Positions 30,001 through 41,814 of a DNA stretch of 64,000 bases are shown here, one piece after another (positions within the stretch are counted from its first letter, which is position 1; every line of letters begins with the position of its first letter). Source of the DNA: Lingula anatina. Its lineage: Eukaryota > Animalia > Brachiopoda. The stretch is taken from positions 22,320,001 through 22,384,000 of the forward strand of contig CM120642.1 in the NCBI GenBank assembly GCA_051362555.1, given 5' to 3'. The notes beneath the pieces are model-generated. The model was not told the DNA's origin. It did no database searches and saw only the letters and a program-made list of their open reading frames with translations. The position numbers and the translations under genes were made by a program.

Positions 30001-33000
30001 TTTATTGATTTTAAGCATCATTTGTACAAATTTCACAAATATTGGACTAGATTTGTCAAAATGATTAATATTTAACTATTTGAAGTCATGGACTTTGGCA
30101 GTCTTTTCAATGTAACATTCAGTTTTCTAAAATATATTGTCCGAAAAAAATCATTTTCATGAGACACAGTCAACTGATGAGCTTTTCACAGATTTTTATT
30201 GTTGTTATGAATGATCTGTCCAAATTTCACAGATATTGTACTAGATTTGTCAAAATTATTAACGTTTAACTATATTAATGCACCAAATTTGGTAGACTTC
30301 TCAATGTAATTTTCAGTTTTCTCAAATTTATATGCTCTGAAAAAATCTTATTCATGAGACACAGTCAACTGATGAGCTTTTCACAGATTTTTATCGTTGT
30401 TATGCATCATCTGTCCAAATGTCACAAATATTGGACTAGATTTGTAAAAATTATTAACGTTTAACTATTTTAAGGCATAGCATTGTCAGTGTTTTCAGTG
30501 TCATTTTCAGTTTTCTTTAATTTATATGTTCTGAAAAAATCTTTTTCATTAGACATTGTCAACTGATTTGGTTTTTTTCAGATTTTTATTGATGTTAAGC
30601 ATGATTTGTATAAATTTCACAAATATTGGATTAGATTTGTCAAAATTACTAACGTTTAACTATTTGAAGTCATGGACTTTGACAGTGTTTTCAGTGTTAT
30701 TTTCAGTTCCAAAAATATCCTCTTTATTAGACACAGTCAACTATTAAGCTAAACTTTATCAAAGTTATTAATGTTTAACTATTTAAGTCTGTGAAATTTG
30801 TCCATTTTTAAATTTTAATTTTCACTTTTTTCAAATATATTGTTCTTTTTCCAGGTGACTTTTTCCATACAGCGTGGTGGGTTTTTTGATGAACTGATTC
30901 TTCCTGTCCGGTCATGGCTAATTCCTGTAGAAAAAACAGGCAGTGAAAGACAACAGCAAGAGCAATGGTCTGTCTCATCCATGTGTACAATAGATGGTAT
31001 GTGGCAAGCTTTAGGATATTGTCAAATGGTATGCTAAACATGATTCCAGAAACCAATTGTAAGGAGGAATCTGCATCTGGTATTGGTAGTAAGGAGAAGA
31101 CTTGAATGGGTATATATTTTTTTTGCAGAGGACAATTACACTTCTATGATACACAGTCAACTGATAAGCTTATCACAGATTTTTATTACTGTTCAGCATC
31201 ATTTGCCCAAATTCCACAAATATTCGACAAGATTTGTCAAAATTATTAACGTTTAACTATTTTATACCATGAAATTTGGCAGTATTTTTAGTGTTATTTT
31301 CAGTTTTTTCAACTTTATTGTCCTAAAAAAATCTTTTTCATTGGACCCAGTCAACTGATGAGCTTATCACAGATTTTTATTGATTTTAAGCATCATTTGT
31401 ACAAATTTCACAAATATTGGACTAGATTTGTCAAAATGATTAATATTTAACTATTTGAAGTCATGGACTTTGGCAGTCTTTTCAATGTAACCTTCAGTTT
31501 TCTAAAATATATTGTCCGAAAAAAATCATTTTCATGAGACACAGTCAACTGATGAGCTTTTCACAGATTTTTATTGTTGTTATGAATGATCTGTCCAAAT
31601 TTCACAGATATTGTACTAGATTTGTCAAAATTATTAACGTTTAACTATATTAATGCACCGAATTTGGTAGACTTCTCAATGTAATTTTCAGTTTTCTCAA
31701 ATTTATATGCTCTGAAAAAATCTTATTCATGAGACACAGTCAACTGATGAGCTTTTCACAGATTTTTATCGTTGTTATGCATCATCTGTCCAAATTTCAC
31801 AAATATTGGACTAGATTTGTAAAAATTATTAACGTTTAACTATTTTAAGGCATAGCATTGTCAGTGTTTTCAGTGTCATTTTCAGTTTTCTTTAATTTAT
31901 ATGTTCTGAAAAAATCTTTTTCATTAGACATCGTCAACTGATTTGGTTTTTTTCAGATTTTTATTGATGTTAAGCATGATTTGTATAAATTTCACAAATA
32001 TTGGATTAGATTTGTCAAAATTACTAACGTTTAACTATTTGAAGTCATGGACTTTGACAGTGTTTTCAGTGTTATTTTCAGTTCCAAAAATATCCTCTTT
32101 ATTAGACACAGTCAACTCTTAAGCTAAACTTTATCAAAGTTATTAATGTTTAACTATTTAAGTCTGTGAAATTTGTCCATTTTTAAATTTTAATTTTCAC
32201 TTTTTTCAAATATATTGTTCTTTTTCCAGGTGACTTTTTCCATACAGTGTGGTGGGTTTTTTTGATGAACTGATTCTTCCTGTCTGGTCATGGCTAATTC
32301 CTGTAGAAAAAACAGGCAGTGAAAGACAACAGCAAGAGCAATGGTCTGACTCATCCATGTGTACAATAGATGGTATGTGGCAAGCTTTAGGACATTGTCA
32401 AATGGTGTGCTAAACATGATTCCAGAAACCGATTGTAAGGAGGAATCTGCATCTGGTATTGGTAGTAAGGAGAAGACTTGAATGGGTATATATTTTTTTG
32501 CAGAAGACAATTACACTTCTATGATACACAGTCAACTGATAAGCTTATCACAGATTTTTATTACTGTTCAGCATCATTTGCCCAAATTCCACAAATATTC
32601 GACAAGATTTGTCAAAATTATTAACGTTTAACTATTTTATACCATGAAATTTGGCAGTATTTTTAGTGTTATTTTCAGTTTTTTCAACTTTATTGTCCTA
32701 AAAAAATCTTTTTCATTGGACCCAGTCAACTGATGAGCTTATCACAGATTTTTATTGATTTTAAGCATCATTTGTACAAATTTCACAAATATTGGACTAG
32801 ATTTGTCAAAATGATTAATATTTAACTATTTGAAGTCATGGACTTTGGCAGTCTTTTCAATGTAACATTCAGTTTTCTAAATTATATTGTCCGAAAAAAT
32901 CATTTTCATGAGACACAGTCAACTGATGAGCTTTTCACAGATTTTTATTGTTGTTATGAATGATCTGTCCAAATTTCACAGATATTGTACTAGATTTGTC

Positions 33001-34118
33001 AAAATTATTAACGTTTAACTATATTAATGCACCAAATTTGGTAGACTTCTCAATGTAATTTTCAGTTTTCTCAAATTTATATGTTCTGAAAAAATCTTTT
33101 TCATTAGACATTGTCAACTGATTTGGTTTTTTTTCAGATTTTTATTGATGTTAAGCATGATTTGTATAAATTTCACAAATATTGGATTAGATTTGTCAAA
33201 ATTACTAACGTTTAACTATTTGAAGTCATGGACTTTGACAGTGTTTTCAGTGTTATTTTCAGTTCCAAAAATATCCTCTTTATTAGACACAGTCAACTCT
33301 TAAGCTAAACTTAATCAAAGTTATTAATGTTTAACTATTTACGTCTGTGAAATTTGTCCATTTTTAAATTTAAATTTTCACTTTTTTCAAATATATTGTT
33401 CTTTTTCCAGGTGACTTTTTCCATACAGTGTGGTGGGTTTTTTTGATGAACTGATTCTTCCTGTCTGGTCATGGCTAATTCCTGTAGAAAAAACAGGCAG
33501 TGAAAGACAACAGCAAGAGCAATGGTCTGACTCATCCATGTGTACAATAGATGGTATGTGGCAAGCTTTAGGACATTGTCAAATGGTGTGCTAAACATGA
33601 TTCCAGAAACCGATTGTAAGGAGGAATCTGCATCTGGTATTGGTAGTAAGGAGAAGACTTGAATGGGTATATATTTTTTTGCAGAGGACAATTACACTTC
33701 TGTTATACACAGTCAACTGATTAGCTTATGACAGATTTTTATTACTGTTCAGCATCATTTGCCCAAATTCCACAAATATTCGACAAGATTTGTCAAAATT
33801 ATTAACGTTTAACTATTTTATACCATGAAATTTGGCAGTCTTTTCAGTGTTATTTTCAGTTTTTTCAACTTTATTGTCCTAAAAAAATCTTTTTCATTGG
33901 ACCCAGTCAATTGATGAGCTTATCACAGATTTTAATTGATTTTAAGCATCATTTGTACAAATTTCACAAATAATGGACTTGATTTGTCAAAATTACTAAC
34001 GTTTAACTATTTGAAGTCATGGACTTTGACAGTGTTTTCAGTGTTATTTTCAGTTCCAAAAATATCCTCTTTATTAGACACAGTCAACTCTTCAGCTAAA
34101 CTTTATTAAAGATATTAA
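1..34118. repeat. Homogenised composite macrosatellite; units of ~1375 bp (5 monomers + partial monomer + cassette) or ~1567 bp (one extra monomer); 24 cassette copies; open at the left window edge
   Basis: The same short ORFs recur at 1011, 2578, 4144, 5711, 7086, 8461 etc., with spacings of 1566-1567 or 1372-1376. The monomer anchor CAGTCAA occurs at 1325, 1519, 1712, 1905, 2100, 2294 (variant TTGTCAA) and 2472, giving 193-195 bp steps and one of 178 bp. The last full unit is ~1181 bp (one monomer lost). Confidence 0.97.
1026..1167 (+). other. Exon-like cassette of the young array (representative copy, 142 nt, frameshifted relative to the old copies)
   Basis: Preceded by ttgttctttttccag and followed by ATG|gtatgt. 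It is less AT-rich than the monomers and occurs once per unit. Confidence 0.45.
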
Positions 34119-34418
34119 AGACAGTCTCAGCGCGTTAAACCCTTAAAATAGCACGAAAATGAATTTTCCTGGAAATCTCACCAATTTCCCCATAATGACC
34201 AAGGTATATCCTATCCAAAACCGTCCAGAAAATGAAGCTTCCTAATACCGTTTTTAAGTTCCATTAAATAATAAAAGACGACTCGTCTTAAATACTCAGC
34301 TACCACCTCACAGTACGGCTTCAGAATGCGCAATATCTCGCTAAGTCTCGCGGTTTACTATGAATGAAGTACTACGGCTGAGACCCGGATGTTACTATTT
34401 GGCGCCAAAACAGCAAAC

Positions 34419-34627
34419 ATGGAGACGCGTGTCAAGTCTGAAGAGGAGAGCAACAAAAGAGGACGAAAGAAAATAGCCACTCCGGTTCAAAATATACGAA
34501 AGAAAATGAGAGACAGACAAAGAAGCTCTCAGACTGTGTATGCTGGGAGGGAAGTGGGGCAGTGGAGGACACTTAAAGCTGACTTAGGTCTCACATACGA
34601 GGCAATGGCAAAACTACTCCTCGACAC
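34419..34627 (+). pseudogene. Kolobok-like transposase, exon 1
   Basis: aacATGG start. METRVK...RDRQRSSQTVYAGREVGQWRTLKADLGLTYEAMAKLLLD resembles the RDR..R...V.IG....W..LK...GL......LLD N-terminus of these transposases. Ends at a gtgagt donor in phase 2. Confidence 0.7.
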
Positions 34628-35044
34628 GTGAGTATGCGCTTCACAGGTCTCAAGTGTGAATGATTATCATATTAGCCTGTTCACAATAAATGACAATATT
34701 TGTGCTCATACAAAGTTGGCTACGTGTATAAGAGCGTTTTGGGCTTTACGTTTTCTGTTTTTGATCGGTACATGTACCGAAAAGATGGACAGGCGGTTAC
34801 TAACAAGATACAATTGGGAAATACTTTTATGGTTAGCGACGCTATCTGAAAATTATTCCGACTTCCTCACTTTTGAAGTTAGTTTTGTACAGACACCTGA
34901 TTTAGAATATACTATATAAGACAAGTATGACGAGCTTGATTCCCTGTGTTTACAGAAAGTACATGTAGGTCACGAAATAAAAATGCACCAGCGGGACCAG
35001 CACCGTCGTTATTGGGATATTGATTTATTCTTGGTTTGTTTCAG

Positions 35045-35086
35045 TTACTTTGCTCAGGTGCCGGCCAGGTTAACGTCCACGCCAAG
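35045..35086 (+). pseudogene. Kolobok-like transposase, exon 2
   Basis: Acceptor ttggtttgtttcag. Joins exon 1 in frame to give LLLDTYFAQVPARLTSTP (LLD.Y...TSTP pattern). The 3' boundary (aag|gtcaat) is uncertain. Confidence 0.55.
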
Positions 35087-35538
35087 GTCAATTTCCCAAC
35101 AGATATAGAAAATCTCGTTCTGAGTGAGTGTCTTTTGAGTGAGCTTAGATATCTCAACTAGATCTCTTATCAAACAAATTTACATTTGTATAAGTTTTGT
35201 TTTGCATTTGAGTAGGGCACATATTTTGTTAAGATAATTACAGAATTTCATTTTAATTAAATTTTTCAAGCAAAGGATGTTATTTTAACTTAAATTAAAT
35301 GGATGTAATCCAAAGCTCTATCTATATGCTTTGTTTTTATATCAAGTGCACCCATGTCTGGATTTGAAACAGTTGAGAGCAGTGGATTCAATGTTTTAAA
35401 TGAGATGTTCCCGTGTTTCTTGAAAATAAAAAAGCATTATCTAAGAGAAAAAGAACATTTAAACAATTGTTATCTTTCTGAAGTTCAAGTTAGAACTAAG
35501 TAGATGATTACTATATTTATTTGAATCTTACATTGTAG

Positions 35539-35784
35539 GTTGGAAAGCGGTACAGTAAACAAGCAAAGGCATGGGTGGCCTATCCAATAGGTGGGAAAAA
35601 CATACCATTACATCCCAACATTACAGTCTCATGCAGTTACATTAAGGCTGACAAGCATTAGGCCCATGGCAGCATGTGTGCAACTAGGGCCTTAGGACCC
35701 AGGAACATCAGGCCAAACATTGCACCCATTCCTGCTCCCCCAACAGAGGAACTGATTACAGCCAAAAAGAGCAGGTTCCAGTAG
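35539..35784 (+). pseudogene. Kolobok-like transposase, last exon (one frameshift, one internal stop)
   Basis: Acceptor cattgtag. Reads KRYSKQAKAWVAYPI, then after a frameshift KTYHYIPTLQ...LGP*DPRNIRPNIAPIPAPPTEELITAKKSRFQ*, matching the recalled C-terminal pattern K.Y.YIP.L...DPR.I...IAP...P.T.EL...K.SRF. Confidence 0.75.
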
Positions 35785-37351
35785 TCTAGAAAACAAAGTT
35801 ATCATTATGCATGTCTTGCAATGCCTGATGCAAGAGGCCATATCAAATAAGCTAAACAGTTTGTAGTTTTTGTTTGTCATTGAAGATCCCATTTCCATCC
35901 ATGTGGATCTACCCAGCTCACTGGAGACTTAACTAAGTGGAATCAACTGAACAGATTTATCATTCCTGTTCTTTCCAGTATAATCGTATAGTCACCAGTC
36001 ATTCTGTATTCTGTTGAACACAAGGACTTTTTGAAGCAAAAATTCTGATAGTTTGGTATATCCAGATAGACTTTTGTTTTTATGAGGATCGGGCCTTAGA
36101 AAACTAGATGCGTTTTTCAAGGTATCAGGACCCCCCCCCCCTTTTCTGTAATTGATATACTGAAAATTAAAATGCAACACTGAGTGAAAACATGAGTGCC
36201 TGCCTTCAAAAAAATAACTTCATAAGGCAGTAGTAAGGTAAAAGGGTTTGATGAATTAACTGCCATATTCTGTTTTGCCACTACACTGTGAAGGGGTGGG
36301 GTTTTCCTTGATTCTTTTAAATGGGGCATCAGGTTATTTTTTAAGAGAAAATTAAAATTTTGGGGGACCAGAAGTGTTATGATATGTTGGTTATTGGAAA
36401 ATAAATTGTTGATAGTACAGTTTAGTTAAAATCAAACTGTTCACGAACATTTGTGGAAATTTTGACTAACAAGTCTCCTGAACTTCCCAACTGGCATTTT
36501 CTATATGCTTGGGAGATTGTTAGAAGTGCATTATTCCCCTACTGAGACTTGAATAGAATTGTACATTACACAGAAATATGTTAATGAGTTTCATTTTAAA
36601 GCTTTGTATCTATTTTTTTATTTATATTAGTTAATAAATATAGTTATTAATGAGTCCATGAAAATGTTTGTTTTTTTTTTCTGTTTGGCTGATGAGACTC
36701 CAAAAGCTCCAATTAACAATTCCTCATATACTTATGCCATACTGAAAATAGTTTGGAGTTGATTAAAAGCTGTTATATTTACAACCAAAGAAAAGGTGAA
36801 AACTGCATGGTTTAATCTTACCAATCACTCCAAGGGAAATATTGTTCTTATGAATAACCTGAGAACAAAGTATTTGTATCAACAACATAACTACAGCATC
36901 AAATAGAAATGTTTATTTAAAAGTATTGTGGTTCTTACACTGTGTAAACAAGATTACTTCTAATTTATTGCTTCTAATAAAAAAATCATTTTTGCTTATT
37001 GCTGTTGTTAATTATCTAATTTTCTACCACATATTGGCTATTCAGACAAGTCTCTAATGCAACCCTATTAATATAAGTATTTTATAAAAGTAACATCCAT
37101 TCAATTACGCTAAATGGTATGATACTACCACCACAGCATCTGTAACAAAAAGTTCATATGAAATACAGTGAAGGCACAGGTTCAAATATGACAGACTAAA
37201 GTGAAGGAAGTAATAAATAGGTCAACTTCCAAATTTAGAGAATGGTTTTACATAATTATAGCAATCACTATAAATAGAGAGGCCTATTTATAAAGCTGAA
37301 CAATTAGAAAAATAGACTAGTGAAATTTACTCTCTCCATGTAACATAAACA

Positions 37352-38102
37352 TCACAGATTCCACATTGCAAAAAGCTGAATTATTCTTCTTGGGTCAAAG
37401 CCACGATATTGGCCAGAAGGCAAGGGATATTTGTCCCTAAGGGCCCAAACACAACATGATGGAATAACCCTTCTGTCCCCTCTTGTAAGCCTGTCAAACT
37501 TCCACATGATATAAGATCTGTCTTTTATCAAATCTGTTTTGAAATAGTTGTTCAGCAAAGCAATAATTTGAAGTACAGAACACAGCAAAATTACCCCGAG
37601 CCTGGAATTTCTTGCCTCTTGCAAGTTTCTGATCCTCTCTTCCTCTTCAATCGACATGGACTGTATATTTCCCCTACCACGTCCACGTGATCTTCTTCTC
37701 CCTCTGCTGCTTGCACCTGACCTGCCTGAACTTCTAGTACTAGGGCCTGCATCTGCTGCACTGGTGCTTGCTGTAGCTTGATCTCTCTGGCTACTACGAC
37801 CCCAACTCCACCTCCCTCTCTTTGATTTTGCTGGTCTTCCCACAGGTCTACTGGGTCTAGAAGGACTGAGATTCTCACTGGTACTGCTGTATAACATAAA
37901 AAACTTTGTTTCTTGTCATTTGTTTACATGTATAACAAAGTTGAAGTGACCTTTTCATTTAAAAAAAAATAAATACTTACTGCTATGAAAAAAGTTCATA
38001 ACTTTTATCACTTAGGCTTATCAGTGTTTCGCCCTCAACATACCTGCTTGGTCCTACTGGACAGCTGCTACTAGTACTACTGCCATTGCTATCCGACTCC
38101 AT
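37352..38102 (-). CDS. KolX-like / P2X7 C-terminal (ballast)-like protein, two exons (38102-38044 and 37886-37352), 197 aa, Cys-rich Zn cluster missing; may be a pseudogene
   Basis: The C-terminal YIMWKFDRLTRGDRRVIPSCCVWALRDKYPLPSGQYRGF is the characteristic ballast motif. Exon 1 MESDSNGSSTSSSCPVGPS ends AG|gtatgt and joins in phase 2 to the acceptor ttatgttatacag|C. The N-terminal half is Ser/Arg/Gly-rich. Confidence 0.75.
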
Positions 38103-39030
38103 ACAAATTGCTAATAAACAACAATTCTATTACACACAGTCAATTAGTAAGCCTATCCCAGGTTTTTATTGATGTTAAAAATCATTTGCTCAAATTACAC
38201 AAATATTGGACCCGATTTATCAAACTTATTAATGTTTAACTATTTTACGCCATGGAATTTGCCAGTCTTTTCAATGTAATTTTTAGTTTTCTCCAATATA
38301 TTGCCCGAAAAAATCTTATTCATCTGACACAGAGAACTGATGAGCTTATCACTGATTTTTATTCTTGTTAAGCATCATTTGTCCAAATTTCACAAATATT
38401 GGACTAGATTTATCAAAATTATTACCGTTTAAGTATTTTATGCCATGGAATTTACCAGTCTTTTCAATGTAATTTTTAGTTTTCTCCAATATATTGCCCG
38501 AAAAAATCTTATTCATCTGACACAGTGAACTGATGAGCTTATCACTGATTTTTATTCTTGTTAAGCATCATTTGTCCAAATTTCACAAATATTGGACTAG
38601 ATTTATCAAAATTATTACCGTTTAAGTATTTTATGCCATGGAATTTGCCAGTCTTTTCAATATAATTTTCACTTTTCTTCAATGTATTGTCTCAAAAAAT
38701 CTTTTTCATGAAACACAGTCAACTGATGAGCTTATCACAGATTTTTATTGTTGTTAAGCATCATTTGTGCAAATTTCACAAATATTGGACCTGATTTGTC
38801 AAAATTATAAACATTTAACTCTTATATGCCATGGAATTTGCAAGTGTTTTCAATGTAATTTTCAGTTTTCTAAACTGTATTTTCTGAAAAAATCTTTCAC
38901 ATTAGACAGTCAACTGTTAATCTTAACTTTATCAAAATTATTAATGTTTAACTATTTAAGTTTGAAAAATTTGTCACTTTTTGAAATTTAATTTTCACTT
39001 TTTAAAAATTATATATTGTTCTTATTCCAG

Positions 39031-39171
39031 GTGACCCTTTCCATACAGCGTGGTGGCTTCTTGGTGAACTGGTACTTCTTGTCTGGTCATGGCTAATTCC
39101 TATAGAAAAAGCATGCAGTGAAAGACAGCAGCAAGAGCAAAGCTATGTCTCATCCATGTGTACAATAGATG
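39031..39171 (+). other. 141-nt phase 1-1 exon-like cassette, open frame
   Basis: ccag|GT GAC...GAT G|gtatgt; translates (G)DPFHTAWWLLGELVLLVWSWLIPIEKACSERQQQEQSYVSSMCTID with no stop. Confidence 0.4.
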
Positions 39172-41673
39172 GTATGTGGCAAGATTTAGGACATTGTGAA
39201 ATCGTGTACTAAACCTGATTCCAGAAACCCATTGTAAGGAGTAATCTGCATCTGGTATTGGTAGTAGGGAGAATACTTGAATGGGTATATATTGTTTTCC
39301 AGATTTCAAAAATGGGTAATTTTCCACCTCTCATGCAAACAAACACAAATCATAACATTTGCCATTTCATGTGAGACTTAATTATATGTTGTAAAATTAA
39401 AAAAAAAAAATTGGGAATTCTTACTCTTCTTATACAAATTGCCAATAAACAACAATTCTATTACAAACAGTCAATTGCTAAGCTTATCCAAGGTTTTTAT
39501 TGATGTTAAGAATCATTTGTCCAAATTTCACAAATATTGGAAAAGATTTGTCAAAATTATTAACGTTTAACTATTTTATGCCCTGGGATTTGCCAGTCTT
39601 TTCAATGTAATTTTCAGTTTTCTCAAATATATTATCCAAAAAAATCTTTTTCATGGGACATAGTCAACTGATGAGCTTATCACAGATTTTGATTGTTGTT
39701 AAGCATTATTTGTGCTACTTTCACTGATATTGGACCTGATTTGTCAAAATTAATAACGTTTAACTATTTTATGCGATTTAATTTGCTAGTCTTTTCAATG
39801 TAATTTTCAGTTTTCTCCAATATATTGTCTGAAAAAATCTTTTTCATGGACACAGTCAACTGATGAGCAGCTTATCACAGATTTTTGTTGTTGTTAAGCA
39901 TTATTTGTGCAAATTTCACAAATATTGGACCTGATTTGTCAAAATTATTAACGTTTAACTGTTTTATGCCATGGAATTTGCTAGTCTTTTCAATGTAATT
40001 TTCAGTTTTCTAAACTGTATTTTCTGAAAAAATCTTTCACATTAGACAGTCAACTGTTAATCCTAACTTTATCAAAATTATTAATGTTTAACTATTTTAG
40101 TTTGAAAAATTTGTCACTTTTTGAAATTTAATTTTCACTTTTTAAAAATTATATGTTGTTCTTTTTCCAGGTGACCCTTTCCATACAGCTTGGTGGCGTC
40201 TTGGTGAACTGGTACTACCTGTCTGGTCATGGATAATTCCTATTGAAAAAGCATGCAGTTAAAGACAGCAGCAAGAGCAAAGCTATGTCTTATCCATGTG
40301 TACAATAGATGGTATGTGGCAAGATTTAGGACATTGTCAAATGGTGTACAAAACCCGATTCCAGAAACCCATTGTAAGGAGTAATCTGCATCTGGTATTG
40401 ATAGTAGGGAGAAGACTTGAATGGGTATTTATTGTTTTCCAGATGACAGTTATGGGTAATTTTCCACCTCTCACACAAACAAACACAAATCATAACATTT
40501 GCTATTTTATGTGAGACTTAATTATATGTTGTAAAATTTTAAAAAAAATTGGGAATTCTTACTCTTCTCATACAAATTGCTAATAAACAACAATTCTATT
40601 ACACACAGTCAATTGGTAAGCCTATCCCAGGTTTTTATTGATGTTAAAAATCATTTGCTCAAATTACACAAATATTGGACCAGATTTATCAAACTTATTA
40701 ATGTTTAACTATTTTACGCCATGGAATTTGCCAGTCTTTTCAATGTAATTTTTAGTTTTCTCCAATATATTGCCCGAAAACATCTTATTCATCTGACACA
40801 GTGAACTGATGAGCTTATCACTGATTTTTATTCTTGTTAAGCATCATTTGTCCAAATTTCACAAATATTGGACTAGATTTATCAAAATTATTACCGTTTA
40901 AGTATTTTATGCCATGGAATTTGTCAGTCTTTTCAATATAATTTTCAATTTTCTCCAATGTATTGTCTGAAAAAATCTTTTTCATGGGACACTGTCAACT
41001 GATGAGATTATTGCAGATTTTTATTGTTGTTAAGTATCACTTGTCTAAATATCACTGATATTGGATCTGAATTGTCAAAATTATTAACCTTTAACCATTT
41101 TATGCCATGGAATTTGCAAGTCTTTTCAATATAATTTTCACTTTTCTTCAATATATTTCCCAAAAAAGTCTTTTTCATGGAACACAGTCAACTGAAGAGC
41201 TTATAACAGATTTTTATTCTTATTAAGCATCATTTTTCCAAATTTCACAAATATTGGACAACATCTGTCAAAATTATTAACGTTTAATTATTTTATACCA
41301 TTTAATTTGCCAGTCTTTTCAATGTAATTTTCAGTTTTCTCCAATATATTGTCTGAAAAAATGTTTTTCATGGGACACAGTCAACTGATGAGCTTATCAC
41401 AGATTTTTATTGTTGTTAAGCATGATTTGTGCAAATTTCACAAATATTGAACATGATTTGTCAAAATTATTAACGTTTAACTATTATATGCCATGGAATT
41501 TGCTAGTCTTTTCAATGTAATTTTCAGTTTTCTAAACTGTATTTTCTGAAAAAATCTTTCACATTAGACAGTCAACTGTTAATCTTAACTTTATCAAAAT
41601 TATTAATGTTTAACTATTTAAGTTTGAAATTTAATTTTCACTTTTTAAAAATTATATGTTGTTCTTTTTCCAG

Positions 41674-41814
41674 GTGACCCTTTCCATACAGCGTGGTGGC
41701 TTCTTAGTGAACTGGTACTACCTGTCTGGTCATGGCTAATTCCTATAGAAAAAGCATGCAGTGAAAGACAGCATCAAGAGCAAAGCTATGTCTCATCCAT
41801 GTGTACAATAGATG
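41674..41814 (+). other. 141-nt phase 1-1 exon-like cassette, open frame
   Basis: Same borders; translates (G)DPFHTAWWLLSELVLPVWSWLIPIEKACSERQHQEQSYVSSMCTID. The sister copies 40171-40311 and 42810-42950 are also 141 nt but contain a TAA. Confidence 0.4.

Larger units (their letters stand above)
34119..38102 (+). mobile_element. Kolobok-like DNA transposon, internally deleted, right terminus missing
   Basis: The satellite stops at TTAA (34115-34118) and is followed by AGACAGTCTCAGCG (purine-purine start). Convergent remnants of a transposase and a KolX/P2X7-ballast-like gene follow, which is the Kolobok layout. No reverse-complement terminus was seen. Confidence 0.8.

Noticed and set aside
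727-33691. Dozens of repeated 63-118 aa ORFs in the array, read as a gene family
   Set aside because: They are by-products of the tandem repeat. Many start at TTG, they overlap on both strands, and they are toggled by single indels; no domain was recognised.
37352-37897. Calling this a P2RX7 receptor gene
   Set aside because: There is no P2X ectodomain or transmembrane region. Only the ballast-like motif is present, in a transposon context.
39031-39330. Cassette as a Kolobok transposase fragment (minus-frame FHNVLN...LAAVFH...AMTR...KG; plus-frame LVNWY.LSGH)
   Set aside because: Only loose motif echoes, on opposite strands and with imperfect spacing; cannot be supported without a profile search.
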